This document shows positions 43,263-57,873 of a DNA stretch of 64,000 nucleotides, piece by piece; position 1 is the first letter of the stretch; each line of letters opens with the position of its first letter. The stretch lies in assembly GCF_009914755.1 (NCBI RefSeq), contig NC_060934.1. One strand, written 5' to 3'. Both the position numbers and the translations under genes were made by a program. This stretch comes from the human T2T-CHM13v2.0 reference genome, Homo sapiens. Below the pieces are notes generated by a model, which saw only the letters and a list, made by a program, of their open reading frames with translations, was not told the DNA's origin and made no database searches.

Positions 43263-46200
43263 AAAAGAAAAAGATATTAATGATCAATAAATCATCTAAA
43301 AGTACAAAACTCACTGGTAATAGTAAGTACACAGAAAAATACAGATTATTACAACACTGTAACTGTGATGTGTAAACTACTCTTATCTTAAATAGAAAGA
43401 CTAAATGATGAACCAATAAAAAATAATAACTACAACAACTTCTTAAGACATAGATTGTTAAATGAGGGAGATGAAGTTAAACTATAGTTTTTATTAGTTT
43501 TTTTGCTTGTTTATTTGTTTATGCAAGCAATGTTAAGTTGTTATCTGCTTAAAACAATGGATTATAAAATAGTATTTGCAAGCCTCATGGTAACTTCAAA
43601 TAAAAAAAAAGTACAGCAAATACACAAAAACAAAAAGCAATAAATTAAATCATACCACCAGAGGAAATCACCTTTACTAAAAGGAAGACAAGAAGGAAGG
43701 AAAGAAGGAAGAGAAGACTAAAACAACCAGAAAACAAATAACAAAATGGCAGAAGTAAGTCTCTATTATCAATAGTAACACTGAAGGTAAATGAACTAAG
43801 TTCTCCAATAAAAAGACATAGAAAGACTGAATGAATGAAAAACATGACCCACTGATCTGTGGTCCATGAGAAACACGCTTCACCTATAAAGGTATACATA
43901 CATGGAAAATAAAAGGATGGAAAAACATACTACATGCCAATGGAAACCAAAAAAGAGCAGAAGTAGCTATACTTATATCAGATACAATAGATTTCAAGAC
44001 AAAAACTGTAAGAAGAAACAAAGATGGCCGCTGTATAATGATAAAGGAGTCAATTACCTAAGAGGATATGATTATAAATATATATTCAGCCAATACAGGA
44101 GCACCCAGATACAAAAAGCAAATATTATTAGAGCTAAAGAGAGAGAGATAGACCTCAATACAATAATAGCTGGAGACTTCAAAACTCCACTTTCAGCATT
44201 GGACAGATGTTCCAGAGAGAAAATCAACAACGAAACATTGGACTTCATCTGCACTATAGACCAAATGGACTTAATAGGTATTTACAGAACATTTCCTCCA
44301 ACAGATGAAGAACACACATTCTTCTCCTCAGCACATGGATCATTTTCAAGAACAGACCATGTGTTAGGCCACAAAACAAGTGTTAAAACATTCAAAAAAT
44401 TAAAATAATATCAAGCATAGTCTCTGACCACAATGGAATAAAATTAGAAGTTAATAACAAAAGGAATGTTGGAAACTATACAATTAAATGGAAATTGAAT
44501 GATAAGCACCTGAATGACCAGTGGGTCAATGAAGAAATTAAGGAGAAAATTGAAAAATTTATTGAAACAAATGATAATGGAAATACAGCATATCAAAACA
44601 TATAAGATACAGTGAAAACAGTACTAGAAGGGAAATTCATTAGCTATAAGTATCTACCTCAAAAAAAGAAGAAAAACTTCAAATAAATAACTTAATGATG
44701 CATCTTAAAAAACTAGAAAAGCAAGAAATTAGTAGAAGAAAAGAAGTAATAAAGATCAGAGCAGAAATAAATGAAATTGAAAGGAAGAAAACAATACACA
44801 AGATAAATGAAATAAAAAGTTGGTTTTTTGAAAAGATAAACCAAATTGATAAACCTTTAGCCAGACTAAGAAAAAAATAAAGACCCAAATAAATAAAATG
44901 AGAGATGAGAATGAAGACATTGCAAGTGTTTACTGCAGAAATTCAAAGATCATTAGTGGATATTATGAACAACTATGTGCCAATGACTTAGAAAATCTAG
45001 AAGAAATGGATAAATTGCTACACATATAAAACCCAGTGAGATTGAACCATGAAGAAATCCAAAACCTGAATGGACCAATAACAAGTAATAAGTTCAAAGC
45101 CATAATAAAAAGTCTGCCAGTAAAGAAAAGACTATGACCCTATCACCTAACTGATGAATTCTAAAAACATTAAAGAACTAATACCAATATTACTCAAACT
45201 ACTGCAAAAAATAGGAGGAGGGAACACTTCCAAACTCATTCTACTAGGCCAGTATTACCCTGATACCAAAACCAGACAAAGACACATTAAAAAAAAGAAA
45301 ACTACAGGACAATATTACTGATGAATATTAATATGGATGCAAAAATTCTCAACCGAATACTCACAAACTAAGCTCAACAGAACATTAAAAAGATTATTCA
45401 TCATGACCAAGTGGGATTTATCCCCAGGATGCAAGGATAGCTCAATATGCACAAATCAATCAATGTAATCAATGTGATACATCATATCAGCAGAATGAAA
45501 GATGAAAACCATATGTTTATTTCAATCAATGCTGAAAAAGCATTTGATAATATTCAACATCTATTCATGATAAAAATCCTCAAAAAACTGGGTATTGAAG
45601 GAACACACCTCCACATAATAAAAGCCACCCATGCAACAGACCTAAAGTTGTATCATACTGAATAGAGAAAAACTGAAAGCTTTTCCTCTAAGATCCGAAA
45701 CATGACAAGGATGACCACTTTTGCCACTGTTATTCAACATAGTACTGAAAGTCTTAGCTAGAGAAATCAGACAAGAGAAAGAAATAAATGACACCCAAAC
45801 TGGATGAAAGGAAGGCAGGTTATCCTTGTTTGCAGATGACATGATCTTATATTTGGAAAAGCCTAAAGACTCCACCAGAAAACTATTAGAACTGGTAAAT
45901 AAATTCAGTAAAGTTGCAGGATACAAAATCAACATACAAAAATCAGAAGCGTTTCTATATGTCAACAGTGAACAATCTGAAAAAGAAATCAAGAAAGTAA
46001 TTCCATTACGACAGCCACAAATAAAATTAAATACCAAGGAATTAAGTTAACCAAAGAAGTGAAAGATCTCTGTGATAAAAATTATAAAATACTGTTGAAA
46101 GAAATCGAAGAGGATACCAAAAAATGGAATGATATTCCATGTTCCTGGATTGGAAGAATCTATATTAAAGTGTTCATGCTACTAAAAGCAATCTACAGAT

Positions 46201-47930
46201 TCAATGCAATCCCTATCAAAATGCCAATGACATTCCTCATAGAAATAGAAAACAAAAATCCTAAAACTTATATGGAACCACAAAAGGCCCAATACTTCTA
46301 CTAGATCTGCTAAGTGGATCTAGCATGTGATAGCCAAAGCCATCCTAAACAAAAAGGGTAAAACTAGAGGAAGCACATTACCTGACTTTAAATTATACTA
46401 CAGAGCTATGGTAATCAAAACAGCATGGTTTTGGATAAACCAGATGCATTGATCAATGGAATAGAATAGAGAACTTGGAAACAAATCCACACACCTACAG
46501 TGAACTCATTTTTGACAAAAGTGCCAAGAACACACTGGAGAAAAGATAGTCTTTTCAATAAATGGTGCTGGGAAAACTGGATACCCATGTGCAAAATAAT
46601 AAAACTTGATTCCTCTCTCTCACCATATACCAAAATGAAATAAAAATAGATTAAAGATTTAAATTTAAGACCTCAAACTATGAAACTACTACAAGAAAAC
46701 ATTGGGGAAACTCCAGGACACTGGTCTGGGCAAAGATTTCTTGAGTAATACTCTACAAGCACAGGCAACCAAAGCAAAACTGGACAAATGGGATCACATC
46801 AAGTTAAGAAGCTTCTGCACAGCAAAGGAAACAATCAGCAAAGTGAAGAGACAACCCACAGAATGGGAGAAAATATTTGCAAACTACCCATCTGACAAGG
46901 GAGTAATAACTAGAATATATAAGAAGCTTGAATAATGCTATAGGAAAAAAATCTAATTACCTGATTTTAAAAATGGGCAAGAGATTTGAATAGACATTTC
47001 TCAAAAGAAGACATACAAAAGGAAAACAGGCATGTGAAAAGGTGCTCAATCATTCATCATCAGATAAATGCAAATCAAAACTGTAATGAGGTATCATCTC
47101 ACTCCTGTTAAAATGGCTTTTACCTAAAAGACAGTCAGTAACAAATGCTGGTGAGGATATGGAGAAAAGGGAACTGTCATACACTGTTGCTAGGAATGTA
47201 AATTAGTACTATCACTATGGAGAACAGTTTGGATGTTCCTCAAAAAATGAAAAATAGAGCTTGACACAATCCAGCAATCCCACTGCTGGCTGTATACGTA
47301 TAAGAAAGGAAATCAGTATATTGAAAAGATATTTGCACTCCCATGTCTGTTGCAGCTCTGTTCACAATAGCCAAGATTTGGAAGCAATCTAAGTGTTCAT
47401 TAACAGATGACTGGATAAAGAAAATGTGATACTTATACATAACAGAGTACTATTCAGCCATAAGAAAGAATGAGATTCTGTCATTTGCAACAACATGGAT
47501 GGAACTGGAGGTCATTATGTTAAATGAAATTAGCCAGGCACAGGAAGACAAATATCACATGTTCTCCTAATTTGTGGTATCTAAAATTTAAAACAATTAA
47601 ACTCATGGAGACAGTAAAAGGATGGTTACCAGAGGCTGGGAATGGTAGTTGGAGGGGTGGGTGGGAGGTGGAGATGGTTAGTGGGTACAAAAAAACATAG
47701 AAAGAATGAATGAGGTCTAGTATATGATAGCACAACAGGGTGACTATAGTCATAATGTTAGTTGTACATTCTAAAATAACTAAAAGAGTATAATTGGATT
47801 GTTTGTAACACAAAGGAAAAATCTTTAAAGGGATTGATACCCTATTTTCTATCCCCTGTATCAAAATATCTCATGTATTCCATAAATATATACATGTACT
47901 ATGTATGCACAAAGTTAAAAATTAAGAATG
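43263..47930 (+). mobile_element. L1MA (MA1/2-like) inter-ORF region, decayed ORF2 and 3'UTR
   Basis: Endonuclease remnant IIAGDFKTPLSALDR; RT motif FADDMILY at ~45829; L1MA 3'UTR ggatggttaccagaggctggg...gatagcacaacagggtgactatagtc; many stops and frameshifts. Confidence 0.93.
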
Positions 47931-48994
47931 AAAAAATACATTCATCATAATGTAACTTTGTTGCCAAAATTAATGTAGTGATTTTTACCTATTAAAAATT
48001 CTCATATTTGCACTCTTAAACTTGGAAACAAAATTTTCTAACCTGTGAACTAATCTTTTAAATGAATAATTTCAGAAAGTGTTAAGCCCATTTGTTAAAA
48101 ATGAATATTGTGCCTTTTTCTAATTAGTTTGGAGATGACAGAGAGACATCAGAAAGATGAAAATTTTCTAGAAAAATTTTAAAGTATTATTTTTCATGTT
48201 TGACATGTGGAATTAAACATTGAGTACGACAATTCAGTAAGTATGCCAGTTACGCATTCCTTCCATTTGGCTTTGAGTTTTTGTGATGTATTTTTTCCAG
48301 CTATGTAAGATATTATACCAACTACTATTGAAATTAACTGTATCTGGAACCAGAGCATCCACTTGCTCCATTACTAAATATTTTGTCAAGAGTTTCAATA
48401 ATGAAGCATACACAATCTCACTATTCTTACTAAATAATAAACAATATGAAACATTTTGTTGTTTGGTTTAATGATGTAATTATTAAATAAGACAAAAGCA
48501 CACACATTAACCTAGGCCTACGCAGGGTCAGGATCATCAATATCACCTCCATATCTCGTCCCACTGGAAGGTCTCCAGGGACAATAATACACAGGGAGAT
48601 GTCATCTCCTGTGATAACAATGTCTCCTTCTGGGGCACCTCCCCCCAGGGACCTGCCTGTGGCTGTCATGCATCACATAATGGCATTTCAGTTGACAGAC
48701 CCCCATATACAATAATGGTCCTATACGATTATAATGGGGCTGAAAAATTCTTATCGCCTATGATGTCATAGCTGTAATAGCTGTAATGACATTGAAGTAC
48801 AATGCATTACTCGTGTTTATGATGATGCTAGTGTAAACAAACCTACTGTGCTGCCAGTTTTTATACTTTTTATACAATTTTTATAATTTTAAATAAAGTA
48901 TAGCATACACATTTATGTATAGTACTTAATACTTTATAATGATAATAATAAACTATGTTACTGGTTCATGTATGCACTACACTACACTTTTTAT

Positions 48995-49320
<326 letters not shown>

Positions 49321-49865
49321 ATCGTTATTTTAAAGTGTATGCCTTTTACTTATAAAAGAAAGTTAAATTGTAAAACGGTCTCAGGCAGGTCCTTGGGGGG
49401 AGGTGACCCAGGAGGAGACATTGTTATCACAGGAGATGACAGCTCCATGTGTATTCTTGTCCCTGGAGACCTTCCCAGTGGGACGAGACATGGAGGTGAT
49501 ATTGATCCTGACCCTGTGTAGGCCTAGGCTGATGTGTGTGTTTTTGTCTTATTTTTTTAACAAAAAAGTTTAAAAAGTAAAAAAAAAATTGAAGTTATAA
49601 AAAGCTTATAGAATAAGGATAGAAAGAAAATATTTTTACAGCTGTACAATGTGTTTGTGCTTCAGTTATGTGTTATTACAAAAGAGCAACAAAAGTAAAA
49701 AGTTTATAAAGTAAAAACGTTATAGTAAGCTAAGGTTAACTTATGATTGAAGAAACATATTTTAAAAATAACTTCAGCAAAGTCTTAATTATAAGTGTTT
49801 CTGAAGTCTACAATAAGTTCAGTAATGTCCTAGGCCCTCACATTCACTTACCAGTCACTCACTGA

Positions 49866-50189
<324 letters not shown>

Positions 50190-51019
50190 CTGCAAGTTCC
50201 TTTTATGATAAATGCCCTATGCAGGTGTTCCATTTAAAAAATATTTTATACTGTATTTTTGCTGTACCTTTTCTATGTTTGTTAGGTATGCTTAGTAGAT
50301 ATGTTTAGATACATAAATACAATTGTCTACAGTATTCAGTACACTAGCATGCTGTATAGGTTTATAGTCTTGGAGCCATAGAATACTATACCATGTAGCC
50401 TAGGTGTGCAGTAGGCTCTATCATTGAGGTTTGTATAAGTATACTCTAGGATGTTTGTACAATATTTGAATTGCCTAATGACACATTTCTCAGAGCATTG
50501 CTCCATGAGACATTACTGTATTTTTAAATAATCACTAATTTAAATTAAGTTACTAGTAGAAAACAATTTTGCCACTATTAAATAAAAGAAAGTTTATTTG
50601 AAACATATTGCTTGTGATATCTTTTTAATATTTCCTTTTTATGTATATGTTTTTTCTTCCTACAGTAGAATAGTACAGTCAATATCTGAAAATGGATGTT
50701 TATTTTGGGTTGTATTAAAAGGTTTATTTAGTGACTTGGATAAATGATTTGGTCAAGAGTAAGAGTTTGGAACATAAAGATATAAGAGAGGTCTAGAAGT
50801 GATGTGGGACCACAGATGACAAAATGATTAATTTCCTACAGGGGTTAAGGGGGCTGCACAGACGGAGTGACATCCCAACCTTGTTTTCAAAGAGCTAGAC
50901 CAGAGACAGGGTGGAGAGATCATTTTGAGCTGAGCCACAGAGACCAGGGTGGAGGAGATGAAGATTTACTTATTCTTTGAGGCTCAGTTTCCTCTTTTGT
51001 AAAATGATGTCTGTAAAAC

Positions 51020-51132
51020 TTTTTTTTTTTTTAAGGAGTCCACTCTGTCGCCCAGGCTGGAGTGCAGTGGCGCGATCTCAGCTCACTGCAACCTCTGGCT
51101 CCGAGGTTCAAGCGAGTCTCCTGCTTCAGCCT
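51020..51132 (-). mobile_element. 5'-truncated AluS right-arm fragment in a MIR
   Basis: TSD tgatgtctgtaaaa at 51005-51018 and 51133-51146. Confidence 0.9.
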
Positions 51133-52524
51133 TGATGTCTGTAAAATCTATCTTGAAGAAAGGTGGAAATGTTGGGGAGATTAGAAAAATAGTACTGTCA
51201 CCCCACAGGTGCTCAAGAAACGATAGTGCTGCATAATTTTTTGTGACAGGATGGCTCTTTGTTCTATGAGGCACAAGGCAGGCATGACAAGTGTGAGACA
51301 CCCTTGGGAGTCAAAAAATATTTTAGGGAGGGCTGAGTTTACTGGATCAGTTTACCATTGTGAAATAAAAGTCCTTGGACTCCAACAGGGTTTGGAGTCC
51401 CTCTCTCTGAGTGTTTTTTAAGGCATGGATTATTCTGTCTTGACCACATTTCTAATCTAGTAACCACAGCCTCATCTCCACTTCTTCCTGCTTTGAATTT
51501 TGTCCTCCAAGGGCCACTTAAATGAGAAGCCTGTCCCACTCACCTTGTCTAGCATTCAGTGTGTATCTCATGCCACCTCTCTGCACTGACCTAATCCATG
51601 TTGACCATTTTCTGTGTTTCAGAAGATGGACTCAGCTTAGTACCTGGCACATAACAATAATCCCAAAGACTTGATGCTCAGAGATGCCTGGGCTAACTTA
51701 TTTATCTTCAGGCCACTGTCTTCACAATTATATAACCACAGGGGAGAAAGCCAAGAGCATTGTTACAGGATCTCTGGGTTGTAATGTGATAGGCGTCCTT
51801 TCAACATGGCATCTATGGAGCCATAGATGTTGTGCTGGAAGGAGCTTGGAAGTTCATTGAGCCTAGCCTTGTTGTTTCAGTAATAAAAAAAAAACTGAGG
51901 CAGAAGTGGGTAGAAGAAATATCTAGAAGTAGAAGCCAGGTCTCCTGGTTCCCAGGACAGGGTCCTTTATATCCTATCCCCTCTAGGCTGTAATATATAG
52001 CAACGGTAAAATACAGACTCAACTTTCTCGGTCTTACAAGTGGCAGGCTGTTGCTGGCCTCAAGTGGTGAATCCACTGATAGGGAAAAATAAGAATTTTG
52101 TAAACTCTCAGAAAGTTTGTCTTTGTAATAACAGTCCCCTAAACTCTGTTGTTCTTGGAAGTACAACAAAGTCCAGGCTGAGACCATGGAACTGGACTCA
52201 AGTCAGGATTTATGTCACACAGTCTATGTATTTCCCACTCAGTGCCAATTATTCATTCCTCCCATTCAAACGAAAATAAATAATAAAACCACAGACAGCG
52301 AGCAGTGTGAAAAAAGCCTTGACTGAGAGTGGGAAAGCTATGACCATCCTGTGAAAACATTTACTTCCTGGAGAGAGATCCAGCAGTACTGTGTGTTCCT
52401 TCCGGGGGTGGGGCTGGAGGCTGCCTGACGTGATGGGAACTTAAATGTAAAAGAGGTAGCTGTGTCGTATCTTCTTTGTTGAGAAGATAAAAGTTCATTC
52501 ACTGGGAAAAACAGCCGCAGCTCC

Positions 52525-52805
52525 TTTTTTGTTTGTTTGTTTCTTCTTCAACTTTTATTTTAAGTTCAGGGGGAAATGTACAGGATGTGCAGGTTTATTA
52601 CATAGGTAAACGTGTGCCGTTGTGGTTTGCTGCACAGATCATCCCATCACCTAGTAAGCCCGTCATCCAGCAACCATTAGCTGTTCTTCCTGATGCTCTC
52701 CCCCGCTTCCCCCTCTGACAGACCTCAGCATATGTGTTGTTTCCTGCTATGTGTCCATGTGTTCTCATTATTCAGCTCCCACTTATAAGTGAGAACATGC
52801 AGTGT
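52525..52805 (-). mobile_element. L1PA (PA11-13-like) 3' end
   Basis: aacttttattttaagttcagggg..gtacaggatgtgcagg...cagctcccacttataagtgagaacatgc. Confidence 0.9.
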
Positions 52806-52954
52806 TCCTTCTAAGGTGGTATTTCCAACACGTAGAATGCTCAGGGAGGGAAAGTCAGAGTTGGATGCATACTATAGAAGGGTTGCAATCTATTCCGATA
52901 CCTCTTCCCAAGCCTAGTTCCTGGGCTACTGAATTTTTATTTAAGATCCTTGAA

Positions 52955-53175
52955 GGCAGTGATATGAGATGGAAAGAAATCCTAGGCCTTCCACTGCCAC
53001 GTGCTAGCTGAGTGACCCTGGGCATGTGATTGAAGAGGACTGAGCTGGCATCCTCACTTGTGAAAATGGGATAGCAAGGTCTTCCTTATAGGACTTTGGT
53101 GAGAACTAAATGTGACAAAGTATGGAAAAATGCATAATGCTAGAAACATAGTGAGCAGTCAATAATAATGATGAA
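52955..53175 (+). mobile_element. MIR
   Basis: tagctgagtgaccctgggca...cctcacttgtgaaaatgggatag...gtgagaactaaatg. Confidence 0.7.
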
Positions 53176-53220
53176 ATATTTCACTTTTAGAGGATGATAC
53201 AGTGGACACCACTGTAACTC

Positions 53221-53254
53221 TCAACTCTCAGCATAATTCAACTCTCAGCATAAT
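53221..53254. repeat. Perfect 17-bp tandem duplication
   Basis: tcaactctcagcataat x2. Confidence 0.95.
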
Positions 53255-54799
53255 TAAGAAAACATAAAGCCCTGATTGCATTTCTCTTTCCCTGGCAGGT
53301 AAGCACAGTCCTGTGTCCTGTATTGGTACCTACATTCCCATGGATGTCTTTATACTTTTACTAAAAATGATATAAAGAATACTGTTTGGATGTTTTTAAA
53401 TATGATAACATGCTCTATATATTGTTCCAAAGCTGCATTTTTTTTGCTTCAGAATTAGGTTTGTGAGGTTCATACTTGTTGATCTGTATAGCTCTAATTC
53501 ATTTCATTTTCAGAACTTACTTGCTCATTCTCCTGATGGATATTTACGTTGTTTCAAGTTTTTTCCTACTACAATTAATGCTACAATCACGGTAGTTTTT
53601 GTGTGCCGTTTTTTTCTCATTTGTAAAAGAAAATCAAACCTCTGTGATGTACTGCCTGTATCATAATATCCCGTACAATGACATTTTTAGAGCATTTTCC
53701 AGTTTATAAAATGCCTTTCCATTCATTGTAGCCTACTACAGGTGGAGACCAGATTCATACTGAGGTTTTCTGGGTCTCAAACCAAGAATCATTATGCTGT
53801 GACAAGCTCTTTATAAACTCTGAAGATTTTCACCAATATAAAATGGCATTATCATTGCTAGAAATTAACTGTTGCAATAGCTTAAAGCCCACTTATTCTG
53901 TCTGCTTATCTTTTAAACAGGGTTTCAGATTCCACAGCTGAAGTTTCCCAAACCAAAATCTTGCAAAACAAATTCAATTTTCAATTTTCCTCTCTGAGGT
54001 AGAAAACATCCCCTTGCAATAACCTTGGCATTTGCTGCCTGGTCAATGTGGCTTTTTAGTGAGTTTCTCTATAATCAAGGTTTCCATGGATTTTTTAAAG
54101 TTGAGCTTTTCCAACTATTAAATTAATACAAGATTGTTATTAAAGATTTGGAAACTGTGAATACAGCCAGAAGAAACGCTTATTCAGAAACACGCACTGT
54201 TATCATTTTGGCACATTTCTTTTCAATTTTTTTCAACATATTGTTTATATAGTTGGGATCGTGCTGTTGATCCAGTTTTGTGCCTTGCATTTTCCACTTA
54301 ACATTATAAGTAAGCTTTCCCTCTGTGGACTTTTAGTGGCCAAAATTTACCCAGAAAGGAAGTCTGTGTCTCCAAGGAATCCCATTCTCAGAAAGGAAAA
54401 AAATTCTGTTCCTCTGAAGTTATGGGAAAAATGCTTCTTTGATGGTTTAGTCTTTCCTTGGGTAACTCTTTATTAAACGTGTCAGTAAACTTCTGTTTTC
54501 TGTCCTAGTTTGGTTTCCATAAAGATAGTAGCAAGAGTTAAAAAAAAGTGTGTACAATGTGTGTTTTCATATATACAACAATATATTTATATGTACATAT
54601 GTGTGTGTGCATACTAATGGCATATATAGTTAAATGTTTGTGTTTAAACACATACATGCTCACATACAGAGACTCACACCCCTTTAGAGGGAGTTGTAAT
54701 AAGACAGATGAAAAGTTCCACATTACTATTATTTTACTCTGTCAAAGCATTAACTTGACTTTATGCTGACTCTATGCTATTATCTTAATCTTGGGATTC

Positions 54800-55010
54800 T
54801 CCCAGGAAGGGGGTGAAATAATTATTAGTGACAGTTTGTAGTTCAAGTTAATTTGTTGGAGGAACTAATTATCCATTCCAGGTGTTCTCCATCAGTGTAA
54901 CAAGACAACCTGTAACGATCAACTGTTTCGTTTATGATGAAGCTAATTAAAACTAATTAAACAGATTTCAGTTTACAATACAATGAATTACAAGTAATTA
55001 AGGTACATTA
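54800..55010. promoter_or_regulatory. Candidate homeodomain-bound enhancer (TAATTA cluster)
   Basis: Five TAATTA palindromes in 182 bp of non-repeat DNA, plus TTTATGA and ACAAT motifs; function inferred only. Confidence 0.45.
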
Positions 55011-55811
55011 GGTTTGTAGTATGCATAGAAGAACAACCTTTGAAACTAGAATCTAGTTTCCTCAGATCTGCTGAACATGTTTGTAATATAAGCAGAGATC
55101 AAGCCAAGAAACCTGCAAGGAAATTAAAAAAGAAATGATTCGTCAACTTTTAAAAAACATGGACTGTTGCTTAATATTTTAATTCATAAAGTATGTAAGG
55201 GGATGGATTTCCCTAGGCAAGGTACAACCTACAGAGGAACCAATTAGCTGTGAAGTTATAGCGATGATTTTTTTGTAAATGTTGAAATATATTTTTGAGA
55301 GCCATAGTGTATAACATGGAAAGATAATCTCAAATTTATCTGAATTTACCACGGCCTCTTTTTCTTTCTCTAGAATATGTGACAACTTCTTGCCTTATTG
55401 CCACACCTTATGTGACACCTTATTGCCACAGTGGGGATGAAAAACGTCTCTTGGTTCCAGTCTGGGATTCTGTGCAGTCCTCTGACAGACCGGTCCAGCA
55501 TAGAATCATTCTCCTTGCCAAGGTTCCTGGGTGACCAGCCCAGCCCATCTCTGGGCTGTTTTACAGGGAGGAGTTGGGAGGCACAACCATTGTTACTTTC
55601 TGACCCAGAGTGACTAGGCTTGTTTGATTAAAGAGAAGTAACATTGGTAGTTATTCCATTTGTTAGAATAGGTGACTCTTGCAAGAGGCAATGAGAACCT
55701 GGATTAAGTAAGTGTCTATGAAAGTGGAGAGGTGAGGAGATGGGTGAGATATACGTTTGAAAAATAGAAAGGATTTGGCGGCATTTAGATGTGAGTTGTA
55801 TTAGACACGTC

Positions 55812-56313
55812 CTGTACAGCACTTCATATCCTATTGGCCTCATCTATTACTCCATCCAGAGCCATAGCACTGGCTACTTTCGGGTTTCCGGCAACTTTAT
55901 GCAGTTTCACCTGGACAACCCTTTCAGGCTGGAACCAAGAGCTGCTGACTTCCTGCCCTGGGGTTTCTGTGCCCTTGAGGACCTTCTTGGCTCTCAGTAT
56001 TAATAGCAGGGGAGTACTGGGGGAGTTAAGGCCCTTTGGAGGCAACTTTTGACCCATGGTGCTGGAAGCTGATAGACACATAACTTCCTCCTCTTCCTGG
56101 TGGAGAGTGCTGAGACACATTTCAGATGGTGATTGGGCAGCCAGTAGTCTGTGGTGGTGGCCAACTTGATGCGACATCCTTGTAGTGGTTTTCACTCCTT
56201 TCCTGTTTCACTTTCCCATTTCTCACTTCTGGCCACTGGAATTCCACTACCAAGCTACCTGAATGTAAGCCATCGTCTTTGGCTCTGCTTTTGGAATAAC
56301 GCAGGCTAAGATA
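55812..56313 (+). mobile_element. LTR16-like ERVL LTR
   Basis: gggggagttaaggccc..ggcaacttttgacccatgg...ctttcctgtttcact...ggctctgcttttgg..caggctaaga. Confidence 0.7.
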
Positions 56314-56586
56314 TGTTAGGTTTGGGTGTATGGGAGGATAGTGGGCCTATGAAGAAGGAATGGAAAGCCATGGATGAGAGGCCTGCTCATGAGTTCAGTT
56401 TGGGTTACAGTGAGTTTGGGGCAGCCAATGGGACTTCTGGTCACAGTCCAGTTACCATATCAATGACATTGCTAGCCAGAGCTCTCTTGAGATTAGAAAA
56501 CTCAGGTTTTTTAGCTCCTAGCTTTAGCTCCTGACTCATGCAAACATGGGTCTTCAGTCGCTTTTATTTCTCCAGGGATAGCAATC

Positions 56587-57409
56587 TGTATTAGTTATCT
56601 GTTGTTGCATAACACATTACCCCAAAACATAGAAGCTTAAAACAACAAAAACTTTTGGTCTCCCAAAGTTTCTGAGGATTAGAAATTCAGGAGGTTTAGC
56701 TAGGTGGTTCTGGCTCAGGATCACTCATGAAGTTGCTGTCAAGCTGTTGGCTGGGGCTGCTGCATATGGAAAATTGACTTGGGCTGGGAGGCCTTCTTCT
56801 AGCTCTCTCATGTTACTATTCCCAGGAAGATTTGGTTCCTCACCACATGGGCCTTTCCACAGTGCTTTTCACAACATAACTTTCCACAGGGCTAGTGAGC
56901 TGGGAGACAGATCTATTGAGAAAGAGAGCAACCACGACGGAAGCCATCATCTTCTCCAAGCTAATCTTAAAAGTGACATATGGCTCATGCCTCTAATCCC
57001 AGCACTTTGGGAAACCAAGGCGGGTGGATTGCTTGAGCTCAGGAGTTCGAGACCAGCCTGGGCAACACGGTAAAACCCTGTCTCTACAAAAAATTAGCCA
57101 GGCATGGTAGCAGGCGCCTGTAGTCCCACCTACTCGGGATGCTGAGACAGGAGGATCACTTGAGCCCGGGAGGCCAAGGTTGCAGTAAGTTGAGATCGTG
57201 CCCCTGCACTCCAGCCTGGATGACAGAGCAAGACCCTGTCTCAAACAAACAGACAAACAAACAACAAAAAAGTGATACACTATTACTTATACCACTTGTT
57301 ATTGACCACACAGAACAATCTTTGTACATCTTGGGAGGGGGACTACTCATGGACGTGGATAGTGGGAAGCAGGGATCATTGGGGTCCATCTGGGAGCATG
57401 GGAACCACA
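56587..57409 (-). mobile_element. MLT1 (F-H-like) MaLR LTR interrupted by Alu
   Basis: tgtattagttatctgttgttgcataacacattaccccaaaac...ggttctggctcagg...gggatcattggggtccatct..accaca. Confidence 0.85.
56981..57267 (+). mobile_element. AluJ (Jb-like), slightly 5'-truncated
   Basis: TSD aaaagtga(c/t)a(t/c)a; (CAAA)n tail. Confidence 0.93.
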
Positions 57410-57873
57410 CAGTCTTCATTTTTTAAAAAAATAGGTATTTATTTTAGTATACAAATAAAATATGCACATAGTAAAAAAATCAACACTATGGAAGAATTTA
57501 TATGATGTCCTAATCCCAAGTCCAATCCTCATAAATAATCACAATTACTTGTGTATCTGTTTTGTATTTTCACAGTATTTAACAACTGTGTTTAATAGCT
57601 GTAAATAGTGTACTTTAACCTGTCAGATATTTTGTTCACTCATATACCTCACATTTATATTACCCTTCTACCTCCCAAATGTGTTAGTTTTGTAATTATT
57701 TTTAATTTCCCTGCTTGTTGCCTTGATAGTTTATTTGCTTAAACATCTATTTTTGATCCATCATATATAAACAGTACCTTTGACTCCATTACATAAGATG
57801 AAAAACTTAGCAATATTCATTCTCCCTCCTCTCCTCACTTTTGACTTCTGTCAGCTACATTATTCTTTCAATC

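Noticed and set aside
43780-47500. Functional reverse transcriptase/endonuclease (FADD motif)
   Set aside because: Ancient L1MA ORF2 with many stops and frameshifts, and ORF1 missing
53900-54005. Possible exon 53921-53998
   Set aside because: Weak donor (GAG|GTAGAA) and no supporting context
54548-54680. TA/TG/CA-rich tract as a Z-DNA element
   Set aside because: Degenerate low-complexity microsatellite with no long uninterrupted alternation
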